The notes under the pieces: generated by a model | Seen by the model: the letters and a program-made list of their open reading frames with translations, nothing else | What the model was told of the DNA's origin: nothing | Databases searched by the model: none | Position numbers and translations under genes: made by a program | NCBI GenBank assembly: GCA_045644685.1 | Contig: JAZRHI010000015.1 | Coordinates: 76,095-140,094 of the forward strand | Direction: 5' to 3' | DNA from: Candidatus Onthomorpha sp. | GTDB taxonomy: Bacteria > Bacteroidota > Bacteroidia > Bacteroidales > P3 | Length of the DNA stretch: 64,000 nt | In this document: positions 39,312-47,924 of the stretch, one piece after another | Layout of the letters: each line of letters begins with the position of its first letter | Position numbering within the stretch: position 1 is the stretch's first letter

Positions 39312-39914
39312 ATGTTTACAGGAATAATAGAAAATATGGCTCATGTGGTGAACATTGAGCAAGAAGGAACAAATTTTCATTTTACTTTGGAATGTGAAAT
39401 TGCAGACCAATTAAAGATAGATCAAAGTTTTGCTCACGACGGTTGTTGCTTGACAGTTGTAAAACTTGACAAAGAAAAAAAACAATATACTGTTACTGCG
39501 ATGAAAGAAACAATGGACAAAACAAATCTTGGACAATGGGAAATAGGAACGAAGATAAATGTAGAACGTTCCATGCTTATGGACGGAAGATTTGATGGTC
39601 ATATTGTACAAGGCCATGTTGATCAAACAGCTCAATGCTTTAAAGTTGTAGATGAAAATGGCTCTTGGAGATATTACTTTAAATATGATGTGAAAGACGG
39701 AAATATTACAGTACCTAAGGGTTCTATTTCTGTAAACGGCGTAAGCCTTACTGTGGTTGATAGCAAGGAAGGAGAATTTTCCGTATCCATCATACCATAT
39801 ACATACTCCCACACAAATTTCCATACATTCAAGGTAGGAACTGTCGTAAATATAGAATTTGATGTCTTTGGTAAATACGTACAAAGGCTATTAGAACAAT
39901 ATATGCAAAGATAG
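39312..39914 (+). CDS. ribE: Riboflavin synthase (alpha chain)
   Basis: 200 aa. Canonical MFTGIIE start and duplicated lumazine-binding barrels. Confidence 0.9.
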   Translation: MFTGIIENMAHVVNIEQEGTNFHFTLECEIADQLKIDQSFAHDGCCLTVVKLDKEKKQYTVTAMKETMDKTNLGQWEIGTKINVERSMLMDGRFDGHIVQGHVDQTAQCFKVVDENGSWRYYFKYDVKDGNITVPKGSISVNGVSLTVVDSKEGEFSVSIIPYTYSHTNFHTFKVGTVVNIEFDVFGKYVQRLLEQYMQR

Positions 39915-39919
39915 CATAA

Positions 39920-41110
39920 ATGATAGATTACAAAATAGAACCTGATAGATGTGTTGTAGTTGGTATTACTACGCCTGAGGTTAGTGTTGAGCAGACAGAA
40001 GAATATCTTGACGAACTAATATTTCTTATTGACACGGCTGGTGCTGTTGTAGAAAAGAGATTTACTCAGAAATTACCATATAAAGATCCGCGAACATTCG
40101 TTGGAAGTGGTAAATTAGAGGAAATAAAAGAGTATATCAAAGCAGCAGATATAAATTGGGTGGTTTTCGATGATGAGCTCTCGCCTTCACAAGCAAGAAA
40201 TATAGAAAAAGCATTGGATTGTCATGTTTTAGACAGAACGGGCTTAATTTTAAATATTTTTGCTCAAAGAGCGAGAACATCACACTCGAAAACACAGGTT
40301 GCACTCGCACAATACCAATATTTATTACCACGATTGACTAGAATGTGGACACACTTGGACCGTCAAAGAGGTGGAGCAGGACTTACAATGCGTGGAGTAG
40401 GGGAAACTCAGATAGAAACCGACCGCAGAATCATTCTTTCCAAAATTTCTTTGTTAAAAGAAAAGCTCAAAGACATAGACAAGCAAAAGACAGTACAAAG
40501 AAAAAATAGAGAAAGCTTAGTAAGAGTTGCCTTAGTAGGCTACACAAATGTCGGAAAGAGTACTTTGATGAATTTACTCTCAAAAAGCGATGTATTTGCT
40601 GAGAATAAACTTTTCGCAACCTTAGACACAACAGTTAGAAAAGTAGTAATAGAAAATCTGCCCTTTCTTTTGACAGACACAGTAGGCTTTATACGCAAAT
40701 TACCACATGGATTAGTAGAAAGTTTCAAATCAACCTTGGACGAATTGCGTGAAGCAGACTTGTTAGTTCATGTTGTAGATATATCACATCCTAATTTTGA
40801 AGAGCAAATCAAAGTTGTAAATAACACACTTGCAGAAATAAAAGCAAATGATAAACCAACACTATTGCTTTTTAATAAAATAGATGCTTATACCTACATT
40901 CCACAAGACGAAGACGACCTTACACCAAAGCAAAAAGAGAATTGGAGTTTAGAAGATTTAAAACAAACATATCTTTCTAACGAAAACCAAGACACAGTCT
41001 TTATTTCAGCAAAAAATAAAGAAAACATAGACGAATTAAGACAAATAATTTACGACAAAGTTAAAACGATACACGCAATACGTTATCCTTATAATAATTT
41101 TTTATATTAA
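39920..41110 (+). CDS. hflX: GTPase HflX
   Basis: 396 aa. HflX N-domain, then G-domain G1 motif GYTNVGKST and DTVGF. Confidence 0.9.
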   Translation: MIDYKIEPDRCVVVGITTPEVSVEQTEEYLDELIFLIDTAGAVVEKRFTQKLPYKDPRTFVGSGKLEEIKEYIKAADINWVVFDDELSPSQARNIEKALDCHVLDRTGLILNIFAQRARTSHSKTQVALAQYQYLLPRLTRMWTHLDRQRGGAGLTMRGVGETQIETDRRIILSKISLLKEKLKDIDKQKTVQRKNRESLVRVALVGYTNVGKSTLMNLLSKSDVFAENKLFATLDTTVRKVVIENLPFLLTDTVGFIRKLPHGLVESFKSTLDELREADLLVHVVDISHPNFEEQIKVVNNTLAEIKANDKPTLLLFNKIDAYTYIPQDEDDLTPKQKENWSLEDLKQTYLSNENQDTVFISAKNKENIDELRQIIYDKVKTIHAIRYPYNNFLY

Positions 41111-41126
41111 TTAAAAACTTAAAATT

Positions 41127-41951
41127 ATGTTATTATTAAACGCAGACACCTTTACATGGGCCGATATCATTACATTCTTGAAAGATGTAGTTTTTAAATT
41201 TGGACCAAAGTTAATTATCGCAAGTTTAATCCTTTGGATAGGATTTAAACTCATAAGATTTCTTGTTAAAAAGATAAAGTTAGCATTTGAAAAGAAAGAG
41301 TTAGACTTATCATTACGTCCCTTCTTGATTTCAACCATATCAATATTGCTAAAAGTCTTACTAATACTAACAGTAATAGGCTATTTAGGAGTTGAAATGA
41401 CACAATTCACAGCCATTCTTGCATCTTGCGGAGTAGCAATAGGCTTAGCATTAAGCGGAACCTTACAAAACGTAGCAGGAGGAGTAGTAATCTTAGTTTT
41501 ACGTCCCTTTAAAGTAGGAGATTACATAGAAGCACAAGGATATGAAGGCACTGTAAAAGAAATAATGATATTTACAACAACTTTAGTTACGGTGGACAAT
41601 AAAGTAATCACCATTCCAAACGGAGGACTCTCAGCTTCAAGTGTCATAAACTACTCAAAAATGGAAGATAGACGAATAGACGTAAAATTTAAGTTAGCAC
41701 ACGGAGCCGATATCTCTCAAATCAATCCACGATTGATAGAAATAGCAAAACAAGACAAAAGAATATTTACCACACCTGAACCAACAGTAATCGTAAGCAT
41801 AACAGACTTGGCAATAGACGTAGATTTAAGATTTTGGTGTAAAAATTCAGATTATTGGAATATAATGGGAGATATTCATACCGAAGTTTACAACTACTTA
41901 GTCAAAGAAAACATTCCATTACCACATCAAAAGATAGACCTAATCAAATAA
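41127..41951 (+). CDS. Small-conductance mechanosensitive channel (MscS family)
   Basis: 274 aa. Three TM helices followed by the MscS beta-domain (FKVGDYIEAQGYEGTVKEIMIFTTTLVTVDNKVITIPNG). Confidence 0.8.
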   Translation: MLLLNADTFTWADIITFLKDVVFKFGPKLIIASLILWIGFKLIRFLVKKIKLAFEKKELDLSLRPFLISTISILLKVLLILTVIGYLGVEMTQFTAILASCGVAIGLALSGTLQNVAGGVVILVLRPFKVGDYIEAQGYEGTVKEIMIFTTTLVTVDNKVITIPNGGLSASSVINYSKMEDRRIDVKFKLAHGADISQINPRLIEIAKQDKRIFTTPEPTVIVSITDLAIDVDLRFWCKNSDYWNIMGDIHTEVYNYLVKENIPLPHQKIDLIK

Positions 41952-41954
41952 ATA

Positions 41955-43013
41955 ATGTCTTCAAACAATCCATTATCTATTTTTAGCTTCAAAAAAATAA
42001 TGCTACCCTTGTTAATAGGAATAGGGGTAGCATTATTATTGATGCTAAAAGACATAAAAGAAGACGCAAACGTACTTACAAATATTTTAATCAATTGGAC
42101 ATGGGCATCAACCTTTTTTTTATTCCTTGCATTGTGCTTTGGAGTAATGCGAGATTTGATGTACATGTACAGAATACGCCTTTTGTCCGACAAAAAGATA
42201 AGTTGGAAACAAGCCTTTCAAGTTATAATGCTATGGGAGTTTGGTTCAGCAATCACGCCCTCAGTAGTAGGAGGCTCAGCCTTAGCATTCTTTATAGTAG
42301 CCAAAGAAGGAATATCAGTAGGACGTAGTACAGCAATCGTAATGATAACAGCACTCTTAGATGAGTTGTTTTACATAATCATAACACCGATAGTAATACT
42401 CTTAGTTGGCACATCACTTGCTTTCAATACAGACTTCCGTTTTTCATTCTTCGGAAACACATTTGGAGAGTTGCAAATCTTTTTCATAGGCTATGGATTT
42501 ATGTGCCTATTGACCATTATAATACTCGTAGCCATATTTTTCTTTCCACAAGGCTTTAAAAAACTACTTTACATCCTTGCAGAAAAAAAACTATTCCGCA
42601 AGCTAAAAGACAAAATGCATAAAATGGGAGATGATATAGTAACATCCTCGCAAGAATTTAAAGGAAAAGGATTTGTTTTTTGGGCAAAAGCCTATCTATG
42701 CACAGTCTTTTCGTGGTCATCGCGCTTTTTAGTCGTTAATTGCATACTCCTCGCATTCTCACCCGTAGGAGAACATCTTTTAATCTTTGCAAGACAATTA
42801 GTAATGTGGATAATCCTTTGCATTTCTCCAACACCGGGAAGTAGTGGCATAGCAGAATTTGCCTTTCCTTTGTTTATAGGAGAATTTATGCCACAAGGAA
42901 CACACGCAACCATAGCCCTAATTTGGCGATTGTTTACTTACTATCCATATCTCATCTTAGGCTCATTAGTATTGCCTTACTGGACAAAAAGAGTCTTTAA
43001 AAAGAAAAAATAA
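41955..43013 (+). CDS. UPF0104 / lysylphosphatidylglycerol-synthase-TM-region-like (flippase-like) membrane protein
   Basis: 352 aa, about 8 TM helices. Family assignment is by overall architecture only. Confidence 0.5.
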   Translation: MSSNNPLSIFSFKKIMLPLLIGIGVALLLMLKDIKEDANVLTNILINWTWASTFFLFLALCFGVMRDLMYMYRIRLLSDKKISWKQAFQVIMLWEFGSAITPSVVGGSALAFFIVAKEGISVGRSTAIVMITALLDELFYIIITPIVILLVGTSLAFNTDFRFSFFGNTFGELQIFFIGYGFMCLLTIIILVAIFFFPQGFKKLLYILAEKKLFRKLKDKMHKMGDDIVTSSQEFKGKGFVFWAKAYLCTVFSWSSRFLVVNCILLAFSPVGEHLLIFARQLVMWIILCISPTPGSSGIAEFAFPLFIGEFMPQGTHATIALIWRLFTYYPYLILGSLVLPYWTKRVFKKKK

Positions 43014-43022
43014 AATAGAGAT

Positions 43023-43889
43023 ATGTCAAAGGTATCCATTAGATTTTATAATGATTGTGAAGTAAGAGCAATTTGGGACGAAGAAAAATCCAAATGGTGG
43101 TTTTCAGCTGTAGATATTATTGCGGCAATAACGGAAAGTTCTAACCCAAGGAAATATTGGAGTGTTATGAAAACCAGATTAAAGAAAACAAATTCCGAGT
43201 TGACTACACGTTGTAGTCAGCTGAAACTCGTATCTGCTGACGGAAAGAGATATGCCACAGATTGTTTTCTTCAAGATGATATTACAATATTAGTAAAACT
43301 GATACCAAATAAAAAAGCTACTGATTTTCTTGATTGGTTTACATATAGCGATAATACAATTGACGGACAAAGTCGTAAAAAAGCATATTCCTTATTTGAA
43401 AGCGGATTATTAAACTCATTAGAACCAGGAACAATTAAATGCTTGCAACAAATACATGCGTATTTGTTTGGAGGATTATATGAATTTGCAGGACAAATAC
43501 GCAGTAAAAATATCAGCAAAGGTGGTTTTAACTTCGCAAATGCACTACATTTTTCAATAATCCTGCCAAATATTGAAAAAATGCCTGAAACAACCTTTGA
43601 TGAAATAGTAGATAAATACGTTGAAATGAACGTAGCTCATCCTTTTATGGAAGGAAATGGACGTAGTACAAGGATTTGGCTCGATTTAATGTTTAGACGC
43701 TCAATGAAAATGTGCATTGATTGGAGTAAAATAGACAAAAACGATTACCTTAACGCAATGCGAAAAAGCGTTGTAGAGTCTTCGGAAATAAAATCCTTGC
43801 TACAATCTGCTTTAACAAACAAAATCAACGACAGAGAAACGTTTATGAAAGGCATTGACTACTCTTATTATTACGAACAAGAGGAATAA
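43023..43889 (+). CDS. Bro-N DNA-binding domain fused to a Fic (AMPylation-type) domain
   Basis: N-terminus IRFYNDCEVRAIWDEEKSKWWFSAVDIIAAI...KATDFLDWF fits Bro-N. The C-terminal half carries a canonical Fic motif HPFMEGNGRSTR (HxFx[D/E]GNGRxxR). Confidence 0.8.
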   Translation: MSKVSIRFYNDCEVRAIWDEEKSKWWFSAVDIIAAITESSNPRKYWSVMKTRLKKTNSELTTRCSQLKLVSADGKRYATDCFLQDDITILVKLIPNKKATDFLDWFTYSDNTIDGQSRKKAYSLFESGLLNSLEPGTIKCLQQIHAYLFGGLYEFAGQIRSKNISKGGFNFANALHFSIILPNIEKMPETTFDEIVDKYVEMNVAHPFMEGNGRSTRIWLDLMFRRSMKMCIDWSKIDKNDYLNAMRKSVVESSEIKSLLQSALTNKINDRETFMKGIDYSYYYEQEE

Positions 43890-43942
43890 GAAATTATATT
43901 AAAGACTTGACAAAACAAGCTAAGAAAACAATAAATTTTTCT

Positions 43943-45205
43943 TTATTCCGCAGCCTTAAAATTAAAGATAGGCTTAACTATATTTATAATATCAACTGTT
44001 TCAGCAGTGTTTTTAATAATTTCATCCATTGGTTTATAAACCATTGGTGCCTCATCCTTAGTTTCTTCCGTAATAGTTTCACTATATATTCCGTTCATAG
44101 ACGATTTAAAGTCGCTCATATTTATTTCCTTGAAAGCTTGGCTTCTGCTCATTATGCGTCCGGCACCGTGAGGAGCAGAAAAATTCCATTCTTCGTTACC
44201 TTTACCAATACAAATCAAAGAGCCGTCGCGCATATTCATAGGTATGATACATTTTTCTCCTTGATTGGCCGATATAGCTCCTTTGCGTATAATATTATCA
44301 TCGCCAATGTAATTGTGAATACTTTCAAAAGAATTTTCTAATACTTTGGCATACCCTTCCTTTACAAGAAAATCCATTAACAAATCAATGATTAACCTAC
44401 GGTTTATTACAGCCCATTGTTGGCAAAGGCGCATATCGTGGAGATAATCCTCGCGAAACCCTCCTTCAAGGTAAGATAAATCTGCTGGAATTAACGGTTT
44501 CTGCATCTTAAATGACGCATGTAATTTTGCAACTACCCCTTTAATCTCTTTTCTTTCCATGCCTTGCTCTTTACACTCGGCTATAATGCGTTGTTGTTCT
44601 TTCAATAAATCTTCCCAACCCGAATGATACTTTACCGCTAACTTTTGATAAATTTCTGCAACTTGCTTTCCTAAATTGCGACTGCCGGTATGGACTAACA
44701 AATAGTAGCCTTCGCTTTCGTCTTTTCCCACTTCAATAAAATGATTGCCACCTCCGAGAGAGCCAATCGAAGCATTGAGTCTTTTAGCGTATTTTAAATC
44801 TCTATAACAACGCAGTTGAGTAATCAAGCTCTTTGCTTCGCTATATCGTTCCATGTATTTTTGAGGCAAAGGTAAATACTCCTCGCTACGATTGTTTCTT
44901 CCAGAAGGTATTGCCTTTAATATGAATTCGTGAAACTTGTGAAAATCTATCTCTTTCAAACATTGAAACGGCTGTACCAATATTCCACATCCAATATCTA
45001 CGCCTACAATATTAGGAATGACCTTATCGCCTAAATTTCCTGTAAACCCAATAACACAACCTGCACCAGCGTGAACATCAGGCATAATACGCACTTTGCA
45101 ATTCTTAAATACATCAATAGACAACAGCTGTTTGATTTGCTCAATTGCGTTTTCGCCAACATTATCAGTAAAAATCTTTACATCGTATCCCTCTATTGTT
45201 TTCAT
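43943..45205 (-). CDS. rtcB: RNA 3'-phosphate/5'-OH ligase RtcB
   Basis: 420 aa. Conserved RtcB motifs MPDVHAGAG, GGGNHFIE, HTGSRNLG and APHGAGR. No rtcA, rtcR or archease nearby. Confidence 0.9.
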   Translation of the reverse strand: MKTIEGYDVKIFTDNVGENAIEQIKQLLSIDVFKNCKVRIMPDVHAGAGCVIGFTGNLGDKVIPNIVGVDIGCGILVQPFQCLKEIDFHKFHEFILKAIPSGRNNRSEEYLPLPQKYMERYSEAKSLITQLRCYRDLKYAKRLNASIGSLGGGNHFIEVGKDESEGYYLLVHTGSRNLGKQVAEIYQKLAVKYHSGWEDLLKEQQRIIAECKEQGMERKEIKGVVAKLHASFKMQKPLIPADLSYLEGGFREDYLHDMRLCQQWAVINRRLIIDLLMDFLVKEGYAKVLENSFESIHNYIGDDNIIRKGAISANQGEKCIIPMNMRDGSLICIGKGNEEWNFSAPHGAGRIMSRSQAFKEINMSDFKSSMNGIYSETITEETKDEAPMVYKPMDEIIKNTAETVDIINIVKPIFNFKAAE

Positions 45206-45221
45206 TATCTTTTTATTTAAA

Positions 45222-45305
45222 ATTTTTCTCTTAGGTTTATTAAAATAAAGCTAAGGAATAATTTTCTAAACCTAAGAAATAATTTTCTATCTCTTAGGTT
45301 TAAAA
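45222..45305. repeat. 21-nt-phased CTWAG mini-array G (4 units, mixed orientation)
   Basis: CTTAG 45230-45234, CTAAG 45251-45255, CTAAG 45272-45276, CTTAG 45293-45297. Units 2-3 are reverse complements of the canonical unit. The nearest core is about 25 nt upstream of the rtcB ATG. Confidence 0.92.
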
Positions 45306-45419
45306 AATAGAATAGGCTTTCTGTATTTTTAGCACCGATAAACGTGTCTTGATCGTAATAAGGGCTAAATATTAACTTCATGTTTTGTATATTAAATAAA
45401 TGTTTTAGGTTTTGTTTTG

Positions 45420-45427
45420 CAAAGTTA
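45420..45427 (-). promoter_or_regulatory. -7 box (TAACTTTG) about 215 nt upstream of rtcB
   Basis: Reverse complement of caaagtta. It would give a long leader covering a 54-codon sORF (45381-45217) and mini-array G. Confidence 0.4.
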
Positions 45428-45499
45428 AGATTATTTAAATAATAAATAAAAAAATGGAACTTTTATTTTAGAAAACTAATTCATGTAAAAAATTTGTTA

Positions 45500-45507
45500 T
45501 ATCTTTG
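45500..45507 (+). promoter_or_regulatory. -7 box (TATCTTTG) for the abrB-acyltransferase pair
   Basis: Exact TAnnTTTG match about 27 nt upstream of ATG 45534. Confidence 0.5.
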
Positions 45508-45533
45508 TGGGAAATTTCTAACTTTTCAAACTT

Positions 45534-45743
45534 ATGGAACAAAAAGAAGAAAAATTTATCTTTGGCGTAGTAAAGGTCGGAGATAAGGGACAGATAGTAA
45601 TCCCAAAGGAAGCAAGAAAGGTTTATGACATTAAATCGGGAGATGCACTCTTGCTATTAGGAGATAAAAATGGAATGGCGTTGGTGAAAACTCAAATATT
45701 TCAAAGTGCAGTTGATGATATAATGGAAGGACTTACGAAATGA
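45534..45743 (+). CDS. AbrB/MazE/SpoVT-type DNA-binding protein
   Basis: 69 aa. GVVKVGDKGQIVIPKEARKVYDIKSGDALLLL is a SpoVT-AbrB swapped-hairpin domain. ATGA overlap with the next gene. Confidence 0.7.
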   Translation: MEQKEEKFIFGVVKVGDKGQIVIPKEARKVYDIKSGDALLLLGDKNGMALVKTQIFQSAVDDIMEGLTK

Positions 45744-46858
45744 GAAAGCATTGGTTAGATAATTTGCGTTGGATAATCGTGCTTTCGGTTTTGTTTTATC
45801 ACGTTATATATTTCTATAATAATAAAGGAGTATTCGGAGGCATAGGAGGATTTGGAGGAAATCAATATCAGGATATTGTAATGTATGTTTTGTATCCTTG
45901 GTTTATGATGTTGATGTTTCTAATTGCAGGAATTAGTTCGCGATATAGTTTAGAAAAACTTTCTTCTAAACAATTCTTTAATTCAAGGACAAGAAAACTT
46001 TTAGTGCCTGCAACGTTGGGCTTGTTTTTCTTTCAATGGGTTACAGGATATTTTAACTCTCAGGTAACAGAATACGCAATGGGTTCTTCGCTTTTGCCAG
46101 AAGAAATGCCTGTTTTTATAAAATATTTCATTTGGTCTATATCTGGCATTGGCCCTCTTTGGTTTATTCAGGATCTTTGGTTGTTTTCAATTATTCTTAT
46201 TTTGATTCGCAAGATTGATAAAAAGGATAGATTATGGCAAGTGTGTGAAAAAACTTCATTTCTTATTGTTTTGCTTTTAGGTGTCTTGATTTACATAGGT
46301 TCTTTTACTCTTATTTCAAATCCAAGAGCGGAATCAATGGATGGTCTTTTGAATTTGTATAAGCCACTTAGCTATTTAATTCCTTTCTTAATGGGTTATT
46401 TTGTTTTCTCTCACGAAAAGGTGCAAGCGATGTTGGGTAAATATTCTATTTATCTAATGTCTGTCGCGATTGTTTTGGGAATTTTGCTCTCTATACTTAC
46501 ATTTGGACAAGATAATACTTCGCCTCAATATCTTCAAAGCCCATTAAATATTGCTTATGCTTGGTTTATGATTTTGGGACTTTTGGGTGGGTTTTATCGT
46601 TACTTTAATTACACAAATCCTTTTGCGACTTATATGACTAAATCAAGCTTTGGGTTATATGTTGTTCATTATGTAGTGATTGCATCTTTTGGTTATATGA
46701 TGAAAGTACATACTTCGCTTCCTGTTTTTGCGATGTATGCAATACTGACTCTTGCAGTTTTTGTTTTATCTCCGCTTTTAAACGAAGTTTTACGCCGTAT
46801 TCCAATAGTAAGATATTGCGTTTTAGGAATAAAGCAAAGACCTACTCCAAGAAAGTAG
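45740..46858 (+). CDS. Acyltransferase family 3 membrane protein
   Basis: 372 aa, about 10 TM helices. N-terminus WLDNLRWIIVLSVLFYH is typical of acyltransferase_3. Confidence 0.75.
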   Translation: MRKHWLDNLRWIIVLSVLFYHVIYFYNNKGVFGGIGGFGGNQYQDIVMYVLYPWFMMLMFLIAGISSRYSLEKLSSKQFFNSRTRKLLVPATLGLFFFQWVTGYFNSQVTEYAMGSSLLPEEMPVFIKYFIWSISGIGPLWFIQDLWLFSIILILIRKIDKKDRLWQVCEKTSFLIVLLLGVLIYIGSFTLISNPRAESMDGLLNLYKPLSYLIPFLMGYFVFSHEKVQAMLGKYSIYLMSVAIVLGILLSILTFGQDNTSPQYLQSPLNIAYAWFMILGLLGGFYRYFNYTNPFATYMTKSSFGLYVVHYVVIASFGYMMKVHTSLPVFAMYAILTLAVFVLSPLLNEVLRRIPIVRYCVLGIKQRPTPRK

Positions 46859-47837
46859 AGCTATCGGTTAAGTTATTCTGTTTTAAGATTTTTGAATAGG
46901 AGAGATTTTCTGGTTTTATTATCTTAAAAGTGTACTGATGTTTGTTTGGGTTGGTTAATTTATCGGCTCTTAGACATGGATTAAGTGTTTTGAAATATTT
47001 GTAAGGACAATTAAGTTTTTTTGCAAAGGCTGGCATGTCTGTTACTGTGGAATCAATGGTTATTGTGTCGTATTCTAATGGCTGATAGCAGTCTTTTAAT
47101 CTTATATAAAAGCCATATTGTTGTGGGTTTTCTAATAGGATTTTGTATGCTAAGATTCTGTAAAAATAACGTGAGGTTTCTGTGTTTATGTGCAAGCCCC
47201 AATAGTCTTCACAGCCTTGTTTGTTCATTTGTTTCTTAACTCCTGCTTCTCCACAGTTGTATGCAGCACAGGTTAATGCCCAATTTCCTAAGCGACCATA
47301 AGAGGATTTTAAATATTTTACCGCTGCTTGTGTTGCTTTTCTTAAATCGTATCTTTCATCCCATTCATCTGTTACTTTTAATCCATAAGAAATTGCTGTT
47401 TTTGGTATGAATTGCCAAAATCCTGCGGCTTTTGCGGGAGACACTACGTTGGATAATGCGCTTTCTGCTACGGCTAAATATTTTAAGTCGTCATGTCCGC
47501 CAAATTCTTTTAAGTATTCTTCGATTTCTGGAAAGAATCTTGAACTTCTTTTAATGATTTGAAAGGTTGTTCCGTGTTGATACATTATTGAAGTTAGTTC
47601 TCTGTCTAATGCTTCTCTAACAAAAATGTTGTCTAACGGTACTTTTTCTTCGCAAAATGTTAATTCTTGTGGGAGAGGTGCTGAAAAATTGTGCAAATGC
47701 TCCATTATGGTGTTTTTATATACTTCTTCTTCGTCTGGTTTGTGCGTTGCCATTATGAAAAAGTTAAGGCTTATTGCGCATGTACTAAGTATTATTGCAC
47801 AAATACTTAATATTAGAGTGTAATTATTTTTCTTCAT
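46842..47837 (-). CDS. Lytic transglycosylase (SLT domain, MltD-like)
   Basis: 331 aa. Catalytic-Glu region LAVAESALSNVVSPAKAAGFWQF and AYNCGEAGV. 17-nt convergent overlap with the acyltransferase gene. Confidence 0.75.
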   Translation of the reverse strand: MKKNNYTLILSICAIILSTCAISLNFFIMATHKPDEEEVYKNTIMEHLHNFSAPLPQELTFCEEKVPLDNIFVREALDRELTSIMYQHGTTFQIIKRSSRFFPEIEEYLKEFGGHDDLKYLAVAESALSNVVSPAKAAGFWQFIPKTAISYGLKVTDEWDERYDLRKATQAAVKYLKSSYGRLGNWALTCAAYNCGEAGVKKQMNKQGCEDYWGLHINTETSRYFYRILAYKILLENPQQYGFYIRLKDCYQPLEYDTITIDSTVTDMPAFAKKLNCPYKYFKTLNPCLRADKLTNPNKHQYTFKIIKPENLSYSKILKQNNLTDSSTFLE

Positions 47838-47857
47838 TTTCGTTATTATTTGAATGG

Positions 47858-47865
47858 CAAAGATA
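47858..47865 (-). promoter_or_regulatory. -7 box (TATCTTTG) for the lytic transglycosylase gene
   Basis: Reverse complement of caaagata. About 21 nt upstream of ATG 47837. Confidence 0.5.
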
Positions 47866-47897
47866 CGATAAAATTTAAGTAGAACTATTTTTTTTCT

Positions 47898-47905
47898 TAC
47901 CTTTG
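47898..47905 (+). promoter_or_regulatory. -7 box (TACCTTTG) for the 702-aa/NdpA-like pair
   Basis: Exact TAnnTTTG match about 20 nt upstream of ATG 47925. Confidence 0.5.
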
Positions 47906-47924
47906 CGAACTAAAATGATATGTT

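Noticed and set aside
39411-39884. 157-aa ORF antisense to ribE
   Set aside because: ribE is unambiguous on the plus strand. The antisense product has no recognisable features. Long antisense ORFs are expected in AT-rich DNA with few stop codons in some frames.
43907-44341. 144-aa ORF antisense to the rtcB 3' half
   Set aside because: RtcB motifs are intact on the minus strand, and nothing supports the antisense ORF.
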